From an uncultured Gammaproteobacteria bacterium (GTDB lineage: Bacteria; Patescibacteriota; Microgenomatia; UBA1406; HO2-37-13b), in the NCBI GenBank assembly GCA_964612595.1, contig CAZTFB010000001.1, positions 131,058 to 195,057 on the forward strand: 64,000 bases of DNA, written 5' to 3'. A program made the translations under genes and the position numbers. Below are positions 36,986 through 46,694 of this stretch, piece by piece (the first letter of the stretch is position 1; each line of letters starts with the position of its first letter). The notes below the pieces were generated by a model. It was not told the DNA's origin, did not search any database, and was given only the letters and a program-made list of their open reading frames with translations.

Positions 36986-38703
36986 GCATTACAATGAAAA
37001 AAGCTGTTATTGCAGTTAGGGTGTCTTCCACAAAGCAAGGCTTGGTTGGTGATAGTCCAGAAGACCAGAAAATGCTACTTGATAAGCTGGCGATTACTCT
37101 TAATGCAAAGGCTCTAAAAGTCTTCAAATTCGTGCAATCTGCCTCTGGCGATATACAGCCGAACCAAGAAGCCATAGATTATTGTAAAAACCATAAGGTA
37201 GATTACTTTCTAATCAAATCCATAGACCGCTTTACTCGTGGCGGAGCTTACCAATATGAGTTTTTGAAGTCTCAACTTACCAAATACGGTGTTCAGTTGG
37301 TTGACGCCTACGGTATCGTAGGTAGGCAATCCATCAATACGCTAGACCATTTAGATATTGAATATAAATGGTCTAGGTATAGCCCTACCAAGAACTCTGA
37401 AATACTAGAGGCAGAACGAGCAAAAGATGAAATAAGGGATATCTTAAGCCGTTTAATTGGAGCAGAAATACGTTATACACGGTTAGGCTACGCAGTATTT
37501 AATTCTCAATTTGGACTTATGAACAAAAAGGTGGAAACGGTACACGGCAAGCGAGTTATACGGGTAAAACATCCCAAAGAGGGCGAATGGGTAATAAAAA
37601 TGTTTAATTTACGTGCTGAGGGGCGTCTAAAGGACTACGAAATTGTAAACGAACTAAACCTAGATGGCTTTAGAACCAGACAAACTAAAATTAGAAGTAG
37701 TGAAAACCCAAACATAACAATTGGCTATAAGGATGGAAAACAACTTACGGTTAAAATGCTCCAAAATTATATAAAAAACCCAATTTATGCGGGAGTTATA
37801 GTTGGCAAGTGGACGAACGGACTACCTATTAAAGCGCAATTTGACGGCATAGTAGATATAGACACGTTTAATAAGGCTAACAGAGGCAAAATCACCTTAA
37901 TAAAAGATGGTAACGAGATAACGATGTATAGAGGAAAAGTACCGCTCTGGCGAACCGCTAAAAATAGAGATAATCCATTATTTCCGTATAAAAAGTATGT
38001 GCTTTGCCCTAGCTGTAAAAATCCATTTCTGGGGAGCGCACCTAGAAGCAAAAGTGGAAAACATATACCTATTTACCATTGTGGAAGCAAATCAAGCAGT
38101 ATACGAAAGCACGATTATTTAGGCATAAACAAAAAAGAATTTGAGGAAACTATTAGTAATCTATTGGCTCACGTCCATTTTAATGACGATTTTAAGCAAA
38201 AGTTTATAAACATATTTTTTGAAGAATGGGAGAAAAGACGCAAAGAGGCGTCCCAAAAGACCATAGATTATGGTAAGCAGATAAGTGATTTATCTATAGA
38301 AATTAACTCGTTAATTGAAAAAATCTCGCTACTATCCTTACCAGAGGCTATACAGTCCATAGAGGAAAAGATTGGTGAGAAGAAAGCACGAAAAGCACAA
38401 CTTATCCAAGCACGAGATAAAGGCGAGGATGAAGAGCTAAAAATTGACGGTTTAATGAACCAAGCAAAATACTTTATGGAACACCTAGAAGAATTGTTGA
38501 CTGGAGGCTCAAATCCTCTTGTTAATGGGGCTATATTTGGTCTGCTTTTTGATGAGCGACCAACCTACCAAGATTTACTTAATGGAACACCGAAATTATC
38601 GCCTCTATTCAAGCTAAACGATACTTTCGTCTCTTCAAAAGAAGAGTTTGTGACCCTGATGCCTCTCTATTCGAACTTTTTATATCACATTTTTATAGTT
38701 TGA
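36982..38703 (+). CDS. Large serine recombinase 2
   Basis: 573 aa. AVIAVRVSSTKQ catalytic motif, recombinase domain, zinc-ribbon (CPSCKNPF..YHCGS), coiled coil. Confidence 0.92.
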   Translation: MSITMKKAVIAVRVSSTKQGLVGDSPEDQKMLLDKLAITLNAKALKVFKFVQSASGDIQPNQEAIDYCKNHKVDYFLIKSIDRFTRGGAYQYEFLKSQLTKYGVQLVDAYGIVGRQSINTLDHLDIEYKWSRYSPTKNSEILEAERAKDEIRDILSRLIGAEIRYTRLGYAVFNSQFGLMNKKVETVHGKRVIRVKHPKEGEWVIKMFNLRAEGRLKDYEIVNELNLDGFRTRQTKIRSSENPNITIGYKDGKQLTVKMLQNYIKNPIYAGVIVGKWTNGLPIKAQFDGIVDIDTFNKANRGKITLIKDGNEITMYRGKVPLWRTAKNRDNPLFPYKKYVLCPSCKNPFLGSAPRSKSGKHIPIYHCGSKSSSIRKHDYLGINKKEFEETISNLLAHVHFNDDFKQKFINIFFEEWEKRRKEASQKTIDYGKQISDLSIEINSLIEKISLLSLPEAIQSIEEKIGEKKARKAQLIQARDKGEDEELKIDGLMNQAKYFMEHLEELLTGGSNPLVNGAIFGLLFDERPTYQDLLNGTPKLSPLFKLNDTFVSSKEEFVTLMPLYSNFLYHIFIV

Positions 38704-38780
38704 GGCAGTATTATATAGACGAAAATGATAATTTGACTCTTACAACTAAGGACTGAATTTGTTCATTCTTTTCACTGAAA

Positions 38781-38981
38781 TCATAAAGGAAGATCTATTC
38801 GTAATGCTTTCGCTATTTGTTTAACAATATCATAACGAGGCATCGCCTCACTGCGCTCTATTCTGGCATAGTAGTTTACATGGATCTCGGCTTTTTCAGC
38901 TACTTCCTCTTGAGTAAGTTTGGCTTTTTTGCGAGCTTGCTTTAATTTATTACCTAATCCCTTTGGAATTTGTTTTTCCAT
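38781..38981 (-). CDS. XRE-family HTH transcriptional regulator
   Basis: 66 aa. LKQARKKAKLTQEEVAEKAEIHVNYYARIERSE. Confidence 0.8.
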   Translation of the reverse strand: MEKQIPKGLGNKLKQARKKAKLTQEEVAEKAEIHVNYYARIERSEAMPRYDIVKQIAKALRIDLPL

Positions 38982-39131
38982 ACTAAAAGTATACCAAATT
39001 GCTATAAAACCTCATTTTTTCGATTTGTCTTCTTTCATGATACCACTAATCTCTTTCCAACTAATGTCCTCTCTCTTTCTACCGACATTTTTTAGCAAAT
39101 ACATCAGATTTTCAAATAATCTGCGTAACAT

Positions 39132-39902
39132 TTATTTATGTAAGATAACTTTACTATCTTTTTGCTCTATAACACTACTGTCATTAATTTCATAGTAAGA
39201 TTCCTTTTGTTGATTCAATGCGCTTTTGAATGAAGCAAAGTATGGTTTCCCTTGTATAACATAAATCATACTGACTAAATTAGGAACAGCTATTTGCTCA
39301 TTATCCACAACGAGAAAGTTTTTCTGGCTATCTAGGGTAATTTCTCCTAAGTAATTCTTGCCATCAATAACATTCATTTCTGTGATGAGATTTTTAGAGA
39401 TATACAGATCTTTCTTCTTGTTTGATTTAATATCGATTGATATTAATTTGTTTTGCATACTATTTGGATCAATTTTTACAATACAAAGTATTTCTTTTTC
39501 GCTTTTTATAACTCCCTTTTCACATAAAACACCTAAATCTTGGTCATTGATAAATGTGCTTGCCCCTCTAACAGAGAGTATCTTATTATTCTGATAGTCC
39601 AAAACAACCTCGCGGACTTCTTTGACTTTCTTTTTTTGATCAAGGTTATAAATGAGTGTTGTTTGACTATCCGGCTTTACTACTAGAAAATATGGGTAAT
39701 GTATTGATAATCGGTCAGGATAGGCAAATGTCATTGACTCATCAAATATATGCAGATTCTGGTTTTCAAAATAAACTGTCGTATTTTTCTTATTTACAAG
39801 GAAGAAGTAACCAATAAGAAATGCACAAAGCATTAAAACTACTCCAAATTGGAGTAGTTTTCGCTGATTTTTATCTAATGGATTAAGTTCAATATCTTTC
39901 AT
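39132..39902 (-). CDS. Membrane-anchored hypothetical protein, last gene of the T4SS block
   Basis: Start at ATG 39902 (MKDIELNPL..), 2 nt after the M23 gene stop. Single TM (LLQFGVVLMLCAFLIGYFFL) followed by a beta-rich ectodomain. Confidence 0.6.
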   Translation of the reverse strand: MKDIELNPLDKNQRKLLQFGVVLMLCAFLIGYFFLVNKKNTTVYFENQNLHIFDESMTFAYPDRLSIHYPYFLVVKPDSQTTLIYNLDQKKKVKEVREVVLDYQNNKILSVRGASTFINDQDLGVLCEKGVIKSEKEILCIVKIDPNSMQNKLISIDIKSNKKKDLYISKNLITEMNVIDGKNYLGEITLDSQKNFLVVDNEQIAVPNLVSMIYVIQGKPYFASFKSALNQQKESYYEINDSSVIEQKDSKVILHK

Positions 39903-39904
39903 AG

Positions 39905-40663
39905 TTATTGTATATATTGTAATGGATTTGTAATGCCCCAAGAATTACCATTTTTTAGCCGTATTTCATAGTGAACATGCTCTCCGGTTGCAAATCCCGT
40001 CTTACCCATAATACCAATTGGCGTGCCTGCTTTAACAGTATCTCCGCTATTAACAAATACTTTACTGAAATGAACAAATATCGCCCGTAATGAACTCTCG
40101 CTATTGATTATCTCTACCGTTTCACCTCCATACTCATCAATAAAATGGGTCACTGTTCCATTTATAGTTGAAAATATGACAACTTGATGTGTCTCTTTAT
40201 ATGTTTTACTGTTTTTGTAATAGGTATCGGTCGGCACTAAATCAACTCCTGTGTGTATTTTCCCAAACTGCAAAAAATAATTTGGATCAAGAAAATAGGC
40301 GCTTATTGCGGTGTAGCTCATACCCGACCCCCCAAAGGGATTTTGCACGGGAATTGAGGTTTCTATAAAACTATCATCGGCCGCAATATTCGAGGGAACA
40401 GTTAAGTTTGAAGCTATCTGTTGAAGAAAAGCTGAACTAACTAGAAAAGGTGACATGATAATTGTTCCGATGGTTACGATCATGAATATCCCAAGAAGTA
40501 CGAGAGAGATAAGGCATCCTATTGCGGGCCCTCGCAAACTACTTACAAGATTTCCGGCAAGTGGAATGGGTATGACAAGGTTGACAACAATCGTAATGAG
40601 CGTATCAATTATGAAGCCAAACGGATCGTTTTTGAATGCATGAAGATTAGCTAGTTTCTTCAT
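39905..40663 (-). CDS. M23-family metallopeptidase with N-terminal TM region (T4SS-associated cell-wall hydrolase)
   Basis: 252 aa. HTGVDLVP and GEHVHYEIRL zinc-ligand motifs. Confidence 0.85.
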   Translation of the reverse strand: MKKLANLHAFKNDPFGFIIDTLITIVVNLVIPIPLAGNLVSSLRGPAIGCLISLVLLGIFMIVTIGTIIMSPFLVSSAFLQQIASNLTVPSNIAADDSFIETSIPVQNPFGGSGMSYTAISAYFLDPNYFLQFGKIHTGVDLVPTDTYYKNSKTYKETHQVVIFSTINGTVTHFIDEYGGETVEIINSESSLRAIFVHFSKVFVNSGDTVKAGTPIGIMGKTGFATGEHVHYEIRLKNGNSWGITNPLQYIQ

Positions 40664-42806
40664 GGCTTTCTGTTTGCGAAGTAAATACTAAGGGTTGCTC
40701 ATGGGGCAAAACTAATATATTAAGCCGTACATGCTCACCTTCTCGAAACAAAACAACCTCACCAATCTCCAAATGTCCGAGTTGCTGCTTTTCTTCATCA
40801 GTCATCGGATAGATAGTTCCAATTTCAGAAAGAGTCGCATATGACTGTTTTAAGAGTATTTTTGTTTCAGAGTTGGTAATAATAGCTTTTCCATACTCAT
40901 TGTTAAGAAAATCTTCAACATCTTGAGTAATGGATACCACACCAACATTTCGCTTTCGTGCTTGTTTTACAAGCTCTCGATAAAATACGGCCACTTCAGG
41001 ATCAACAAGGAGCTTATGTGCCTCATCAATAAAGAGCATTCGCTTTTTATCATTATTCTTATTCACTAAATTCCATATAAGTGAGGTCAAAAGATAAATA
41101 GCAGGATCTCTCTTTTCATCCTTTTTCAAATCATGCAAATCAAGGACAATCACATCATTATCCAGCTCAAGTCGTCGTGTTGAGTTAAACACTCCTCGCA
41201 AACTTCCCGCAGATAATACGCTGAGGTCTTTTTGCATAGGACTGCCTGCTAGTAGTTCAAGTAAACTTTCAAAATTGGGCGAACCTGAATCGTAAAGTTT
41301 GATGAGCTTTTCATCAAGTAGAGCTCCATCATAATGTGGTGTAGGAATAAAGAACTTGAAAAACGTCTTGAGCGTGGAAATATGATCAAGAATATCGTTC
41401 TCCTCGGTGCTATTGATATAAAAAGGATTAATTCCATTCTCTCGTGAGAATGAGATAACTTCGCCACCCAGTGAACGTGCCAAATTAACATACTCTCCCT
41501 CAGGATCAATGGCAATAATCTGAACACCTCGCATATAAAGCCTATTCATCAGAGTCTTTGATGTTACGCTTTTTCCTGATCCTGAAACTCCAAGGATATT
41601 TATATTATTGTTTCGTGAGGTAAACGGATCAATGAAAACGAGACTATTGTTATATGCGTTAACACCCATAAATATTCCTTCAGGATCATTTAATTGTTTT
41701 GAGACAAAAGGCATAAGATATGAAGCTGCAGTTGACTGCAAGATTCTGTTTTCTTTGACGTGATCAATATTGAATGGCAAAAAGTTCTTGAATGCCTTTT
41801 TATGACCAAACGTATACTGATTAAACGTAATATCCATAGCTCCGGTGATATTTTGGAGCTCTTTTTGTAGATGAGTTAATTCTGCCTCGTTTTTTCCTTC
41901 GAGTTGCAGATATAAAGAATACAGGATACCTTTTTCGGCCTCATGGACAAGTTCATCAATAAAACTCATGACTTCCTCAATATTCTTATCAGTTTGTTGG
42001 TCGCGAATTTTTCCTACCTTCAATCGATCATTTTGTTGCATCTCAAGAACGGAGAGTCTTTGTCGTGCCTTTTTTAGCAGTTCGCTGCTTGGTGTTGGCT
42101 GGATAAAAACACTTAAGGTAAACGGCAACGATGAAGTTAATAGTCTAAAGAAAACATAGGGACTTAGGTAAGCGGGAATATCAGCAAGGTAATAAAATCG
42201 TCGATATTTTTCGCCTACTTGCAAATGGGAACCATGCTCTTTCAAATATTCGCTTTTGTATGCCTTGGTTCCATCTCGTTCAACTGCTATTCCATTGTCA
42301 TCCTTTTCAATAACAAAATGGAAATCTGACTTTCCTGCATTATGGATAGTTTCTTCATATGCCTTAACCTCTTTTTTGTATTCTCGATTAAGCTTGAACG
42401 CTTTTAAGGGATTTTTACTTCTGGGTTGCTTTGGTTTTTGAATATTGGGTAACTGATTACTTAAAAATGGCTTTTGTGAAATTACTTCCTGTTGTGTATT
42501 CACAATATCCATAAGTCGCCGTATTTCCTCTCTCAGAGCCAACGTGAGTGCATTCTGATGTAGCTTTGGTTCACCATTAAAGAAATGCTTTTCAATGTCT
42601 TTGAGTCCCTCATTTTTCTTTGTGTAATGCTCGTATTCCCTCATCACCTTGTTTAACTCAAATGTGTGCTTAGCCTTACTATCTGAAAGAGTTTTAACTT
42701 CTTCTCGGAGTTTTCGCCCCATCTGAAAGTTAATTAGTGCCGGCATGAGACCTTCTTGTTGTTTTATGGCTTTTCCCTTAGTTGCTCGTTTATTTATAGT
42801 TTTCAT
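40647..42806 (-). CDS. VirB4/TraE-like type IV secretion ATPase
   Basis: 719 aa. GVSGSGKSVT Walker A, RMLFIDEAHKLL Walker B, VirB4-like N-domain (YRRFYYLADIPAYLSPYVFFRLL). Extra ~150-aa K/E-rich N-terminal extension. Confidence 0.88.
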   Translation of the reverse strand: MKTINKRATKGKAIKQQEGLMPALINFQMGRKLREEVKTLSDSKAKHTFELNKVMREYEHYTKKNEGLKDIEKHFFNGEPKLHQNALTLALREEIRRLMDIVNTQQEVISQKPFLSNQLPNIQKPKQPRSKNPLKAFKLNREYKKEVKAYEETIHNAGKSDFHFVIEKDDNGIAVERDGTKAYKSEYLKEHGSHLQVGEKYRRFYYLADIPAYLSPYVFFRLLTSSLPFTLSVFIQPTPSSELLKKARQRLSVLEMQQNDRLKVGKIRDQQTDKNIEEVMSFIDELVHEAEKGILYSLYLQLEGKNEAELTHLQKELQNITGAMDITFNQYTFGHKKAFKNFLPFNIDHVKENRILQSTAASYLMPFVSKQLNDPEGIFMGVNAYNNSLVFIDPFTSRNNNINILGVSGSGKSVTSKTLMNRLYMRGVQIIAIDPEGEYVNLARSLGGEVISFSRENGINPFYINSTEENDILDHISTLKTFFKFFIPTPHYDGALLDEKLIKLYDSGSPNFESLLELLAGSPMQKDLSVLSAGSLRGVFNSTRRLELDNDVIVLDLHDLKKDEKRDPAIYLLTSLIWNLVNKNNDKKRMLFIDEAHKLLVDPEVAVFYRELVKQARKRNVGVVSITQDVEDFLNNEYGKAIITNSETKILLKQSYATLSEIGTIYPMTDEEKQQLGHLEIGEVVLFREGEHVRLNILVLPHEQPLVFTSQTESHEETS

Positions 42807-43612
42807 CGTAGTGTGGTTTGTCCAACTTGTAACAATTGATCATCAACTAATGGTCGAACGGTAATATTGCATGCAGAGAGTGATGAAGCAAAGCGCATTC
42901 CCAAATCTGATACTTTTTTGATGGCTTTTACCTTTTCATGTGGTTTGCTCGTATCGCAAGACACTGAGAAAACTGCATAATGGCGCATTGCTACAAACGA
43001 GTGATTAGTTACAAGACCCGAAAGGTCATCAATATAGTTACTAATGAGTGATTCTCTTTTGGTATTAGCACTGTTGTATAGAGAGAAAAAGTGTTTCGAG
43101 TAGTCCTCAACTCGAGCTCTCTCTTTACGTACTATAAATTGAACTTGTGAGGGGAGCACATGAATCATTTGCTTAAGCTTGGCAAAGAAATGTTCACGGT
43201 CCTGATTGTTAAGTAAGGCTATATCAAACGGTTCTACTTCATACATCTTTACAATCGCGTTTTTTCGCACAATGAGATTATCTTGTATCTTAAAATCAAC
43301 AAAGTATGGTTCAAGATCACCGTGCCTGTGTTCTTTTGAGCCTAATTTAAACTTTATGGCTCGTGGTACTATTTTGTAGATTGGTTGATTATCAACTTTT
43401 TGAGTGATAATGCCAATGAAAAATATTTCTGCAACAAGCACAGTCGTACCAAAGGCTCCCCAGCTAAAAAAGTGGAGTACAAAGTGAAAAACGCCAAATA
43501 CAACAGCTGCAATAACACCTGCACCGGCAAGAGCCAAAACAGTATCGGTAAAGAAAAGACTTCTTAACACATGTTCGCGAATATCATCCTTATAGATGCG
43601 TACGTTTTTCAT
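42803..43612 (-). CDS. PrgI/VirB3-like T4SS membrane protein
   Basis: 269 aa. Two TM helices near the N-terminus, then a soluble domain. Position directly upstream of VirB4 and ATGA-type coupling, as in Gram-positive T4SS loci. Confidence 0.5.
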   Translation of the reverse strand: MKNVRIYKDDIREHVLRSLFFTDTVLALAGAGVIAAVVFGVFHFVLHFFSWGAFGTTVLVAEIFFIGIITQKVDNQPIYKIVPRAIKFKLGSKEHRHGDLEPYFVDFKIQDNLIVRKNAIVKMYEVEPFDIALLNNQDREHFFAKLKQMIHVLPSQVQFIVRKERARVEDYSKHFFSLYNSANTKRESLISNYIDDLSGLVTNHSFVAMRHYAVFSVSCDTSKPHEKVKAIKKVSDLGMRFASSLSACNITVRPLVDDQLLQVGQTTLR

Positions 43613-45354
43613 GATTTTTTGTTTTTAGTATTCGGTGAATACAAACGAATAATGTGATCACTGCTATCTTTACCTTGTCGTCTGACTACAACTCCTTTTA
43701 TGCCATATGCTTCATTTCTGGCTTTTGACATCTCAAAAAACTGCTGTACTTTCTGAGGTGGGCTTGATTCATTTACATAGGCATAGTTAATATCTTTTCC
43801 TTTTCGTTTTGCCTCCTGCATTGCATTAAAGTTATGAGGATTCGGGTTATCTTTCGTGAATGTTGAAAGATCAATAAATTTCTCTTGGTCAAGCGCCACC
43901 TTTTCAAGGTGACTCTCTTGCACGCCATCTCGTATTGCGTCTGATCGAGTTGGGTAGTAGGAGGTTAATCCACTTTTGGCGTCATCATGCTTATATGCTT
44001 CACCTGAAACTGACACGACTCCCTGCTTATAGTTCTCCATCTGAACATTCATTCCTCGATTACCTAAATCCTTTGAAAATCGTGGTCTACTATCAGTCTG
44101 AGAAAGGTTGTATAAGCCTCCTTTTGAGCCACTGTTACCATTCCCTGAATATGACTTGTAACCACTTGTAGGCATATCGCCTCCACCACTGTCAGAACCT
44201 CTTTGTTGCCACTTGTTTCGTATAGCCTGTCCCGCCATAGTGCTCATACTTCCGTTTCCGCCAAGAAGTCCTCGTTTGAAATTATCTACCTTTGATTGAA
44301 TTGGAGAGCTCACCGCCCGTGATCCCACCGCTGCTCCCATATTGGTTGAAAATGCAGTCCATGTATCACCAAATATTCGAGCAACTAACACATTTACACC
44401 TCCAAGGAAAAATAGGAAGCCGGTATAAAAGAACAGCATCCCGACACTGGGGCCTTTAGCATTTAAAATGCTATTAAAAATATCAGTAGCAATAGAAAAT
44501 CCTAGTACAAAAGCTGGTTGTTGGATAAGAAAGGTGAACCAAGACTTAAAATATGTCATGGGGATACCTTGTGTTTTTTCTGAAAGCATAAAGGGAATGA
44601 CAATGGGATAGATCACACCCAAGAAAAGCAGCGCGGCAAAGCGTATTACAAATTGAAATCCTAAGTACACAAAACCGAGAAGTAGAAATAAGAAAGTCAG
44701 AATAAACAAGAAAATCTGTACAATAAATTTGCCAAGAGAATTAAATATTCCTGCCTTTAGGGATATATCAAACGCCGGAATTCCAAACTTTTCTGAACTT
44801 TCATTATTCTGAATTCCTTCCTTTGTTTTATCAAGATAATCATCTAAAAACGTGGTGAACTTTTGTGTTGAAGAAATTTTAGTAACCAGTAGATTGTTTG
44901 CCTGAATACTGTATGACAAAACTGAAGGAACCGTAATAAATAGGATTATTGTTATAAGAAAACGCACGGCAAAAGATTTCAATTCCTGTGCATTGTCAGA
45001 TCCCAACTTTGAAACAGCAATGCCCGCAATAACAATTGCAAGAATTGGAAGTGAAATATGATAAAACATATCACGGTATTTGGTAATACCTGGTATTTCT
45101 GACTTATCCTTTAGGACGATTTTATCGCCTAAAGGATCGGGTGTATAGAAAATAAAGCCGCCAATAAATGAATCAAAACCTTGAATAAAACCTTGTAATA
45201 GTTCAACAATCGAAGAAGGTTGATTGTCGACAGTGAATTCGTTTGTATATTGAACTTGGGGAGCAGATGTGGGCGTAGGAGTCGGAGCAGCAAAAGCAGG
45301 TAAGGTATTAGTTAGAAATACAATACATATAAGTACGCTTAAGATTAGCTTCAT
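43609..45354 (-). CDS. VirB6/TrbL-like polytopic T4SS membrane protein
   Basis: 581 aa. Signal peptide (LPAFAAPTP), at least 6 TM segments, G/S-rich linker and soluble C-terminus. Confidence 0.6.
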   Translation of the reverse strand: MKLILSVLICIVFLTNTLPAFAAPTPTPTSAPQVQYTNEFTVDNQPSSIVELLQGFIQGFDSFIGGFIFYTPDPLGDKIVLKDKSEIPGITKYRDMFYHISLPILAIVIAGIAVSKLGSDNAQELKSFAVRFLITIILFITVPSVLSYSIQANNLLVTKISSTQKFTTFLDDYLDKTKEGIQNNESSEKFGIPAFDISLKAGIFNSLGKFIVQIFLFILTFLFLLLGFVYLGFQFVIRFAALLFLGVIYPIVIPFMLSEKTQGIPMTYFKSWFTFLIQQPAFVLGFSIATDIFNSILNAKGPSVGMLFFYTGFLFFLGGVNVLVARIFGDTWTAFSTNMGAAVGSRAVSSPIQSKVDNFKRGLLGGNGSMSTMAGQAIRNKWQQRGSDSGGGDMPTSGYKSYSGNGNSGSKGGLYNLSQTDSRPRFSKDLGNRGMNVQMENYKQGVVSVSGEAYKHDDAKSGLTSYYPTRSDAIRDGVQESHLEKVALDQEKFIDLSTFTKDNPNPHNFNAMQEAKRKGKDINYAYVNESSPPQKVQQFFEMSKARNEAYGIKGVVVRRQGKDSSDHIIRLYSPNTKNKKS

Positions 45355-45380
45355 ACATATTTACTGTTGCTCCTCAGTTT

Positions 45381-45659
45381 TTAGGCTGATCCGCCGACAA
45401 ATGTTTTAATGATTTGCGCGAGTGAAGCAGCTCCAAAAACCAATAAGCCTCCAACCAGTATGTTAATGATCCATCCCTTTAGCTTTGACTTTCGATCAGT
45501 ATCATCGCCACTCATTACAAGAAATACACCGAGTGTTGCGATTGCGATTGCCATAGCAGGAAGAGAGTAATATTGAAGTGTTTTAACGATACCCCACAAA
45601 AGCTGGTCAAGGTTTGCAAATTGCAGTGGTTGAGCACTGTTGTATTCTGATGGACCCAT
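45381..45659 (-). CDS. VirB2/TrbC-like pilin-type small membrane protein
   Basis: 92 aa with two hydrophobic helices (LPAMAIAIATLGVFLVM; IINILVGGLLVFGAASLA). First gene of the T4SS block. Confidence 0.5.
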   Translation of the reverse strand: MGPSEYNSAQPLQFANLDQLLWGIVKTLQYYSLPAMAIAIATLGVFLVMSGDDTDRKSKLKGWIINILVGGLLVFGAASLAQIIKTFVGGSA

Positions 45660-45711
45660 ATGTTTTTAGTTAGAGATACTAATTTCTAATAAATCACTAA
45701 TGTGATTGGGA

Positions 45712-45740
45712 AGTATATACTATTTGAGTGTAGAAGTCAA
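45712..45740 (-). promoter_or_regulatory. Sigma70-like promoter TTGACT-N17-TATACT for the T4SS block
   Basis: -35 at 45740-45735, -10 at 45717-45712 (minus strand). Confidence 0.4.
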
Positions 45741-45862
45741 TATTATATGGGTTGCATGAATAATTTAATATTTACTTATATAACAGGCTATATTGTTGCT
45801 ATTAAGATAGCTATAAGTCTTATGAAGAGCGGTAAGTTAATAAGGATGGTTATGTATTTAGA

Positions 45863-46492
45863 TTACGATTTAGCACCTCTTATATGAATCAATGATTCTC
45901 TAATTATTTGTATAGACGATTGAAGTACGAGATAAGCTATGCCCATACCAACAATAATGTCTGGCCACATAGAATTAAATCTAATAACAAAAAATCCTGC
46001 CGCAATTACACTAATATTCGCAATCACATCATTTCTTGAACAAATCCATGCTGATCTGACATTTAAACCCCCGTCTTTGTGTTTTGCAAGCAATAAGAAG
46101 CAAATTAAGTTAGCAAGTAAGGCTAAAACTCCAAATATAGTCATACTATCTCCAAATGGTAAAGTTGGGTTCAGAATTTTATAGAACACATCTCCAATCA
46201 CCGTCACCCCCAAAAGTAACATTACCACACCCTTCAATAGAGAAGCTTTATCGCTTGCTTTATCTCCCATTGGAAGAACATATAAGCTAATACCATATAC
46301 AAACGTATCGCCGAGCATATCAAGTGAATCTGCAAGTAGGGAAGATGAGTGAGCTGTCCACCCAGCAACAAATTCCACCACAAACATAACAAGGTTAATA
46401 ATGAATACAGCAATAAAGATATTCCTGAGCTTCGATACTTCTTGAGGATTCAGACAACCGACTTCATCACATACGTTACAATGGTCATTCAT
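45863..46492 (-). CDS. Cation diffusion facilitator (CDF) transporter, short form lacking the cytoplasmic C-terminal domain
   Basis: 209 aa. VEFVAGWTAHSSSLLADSLDMLGD (TM2 HxxxD-type site), six TM segments, Cys-rich N-terminus (CNVCDEVGC). Confidence 0.82.
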   Translation of the reverse strand: MNDHCNVCDEVGCLNPQEVSKLRNIFIAVFIINLVMFVVEFVAGWTAHSSSLLADSLDMLGDTFVYGISLYVLPMGDKASDKASLLKGVVMLLLGVTVIGDVFYKILNPTLPFGDSMTIFGVLALLANLICFLLLAKHKDGGLNVRSAWICSRNDVIANISVIAAGFFVIRFNSMWPDIIVGMGIAYLVLQSSIQIIRESLIHIRGAKS

Positions 46493-46558
46493 ACTTTTTT
46501 AGCTAAACTGATTGAATTACTTTTATTACTGAGATAGTTTTTACACATAGGGGTGCTT

Positions 46559-46575
46559 TGTATAATAATTATACA
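46559..46575. promoter_or_regulatory. Perfect 17-bp palindrome TGTATAAT-A-ATTATACA upstream of the CDF gene
   Basis: Read directly. Contains TATAAT on both strands. Candidate operator overlapping a -10 element. Confidence 0.5.
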
Positions 46576-46694
46576 TTCCAATCTTACCTTAAAAACGAAG
46601 ATTTTTTTCTGAAGAGAAACTTCTGTCAGTTTTTCCTGATTGCCCTAGAAGTTTTCTTCACATTTTTATCTTGATGAAGATGTATGTCTTCTCT

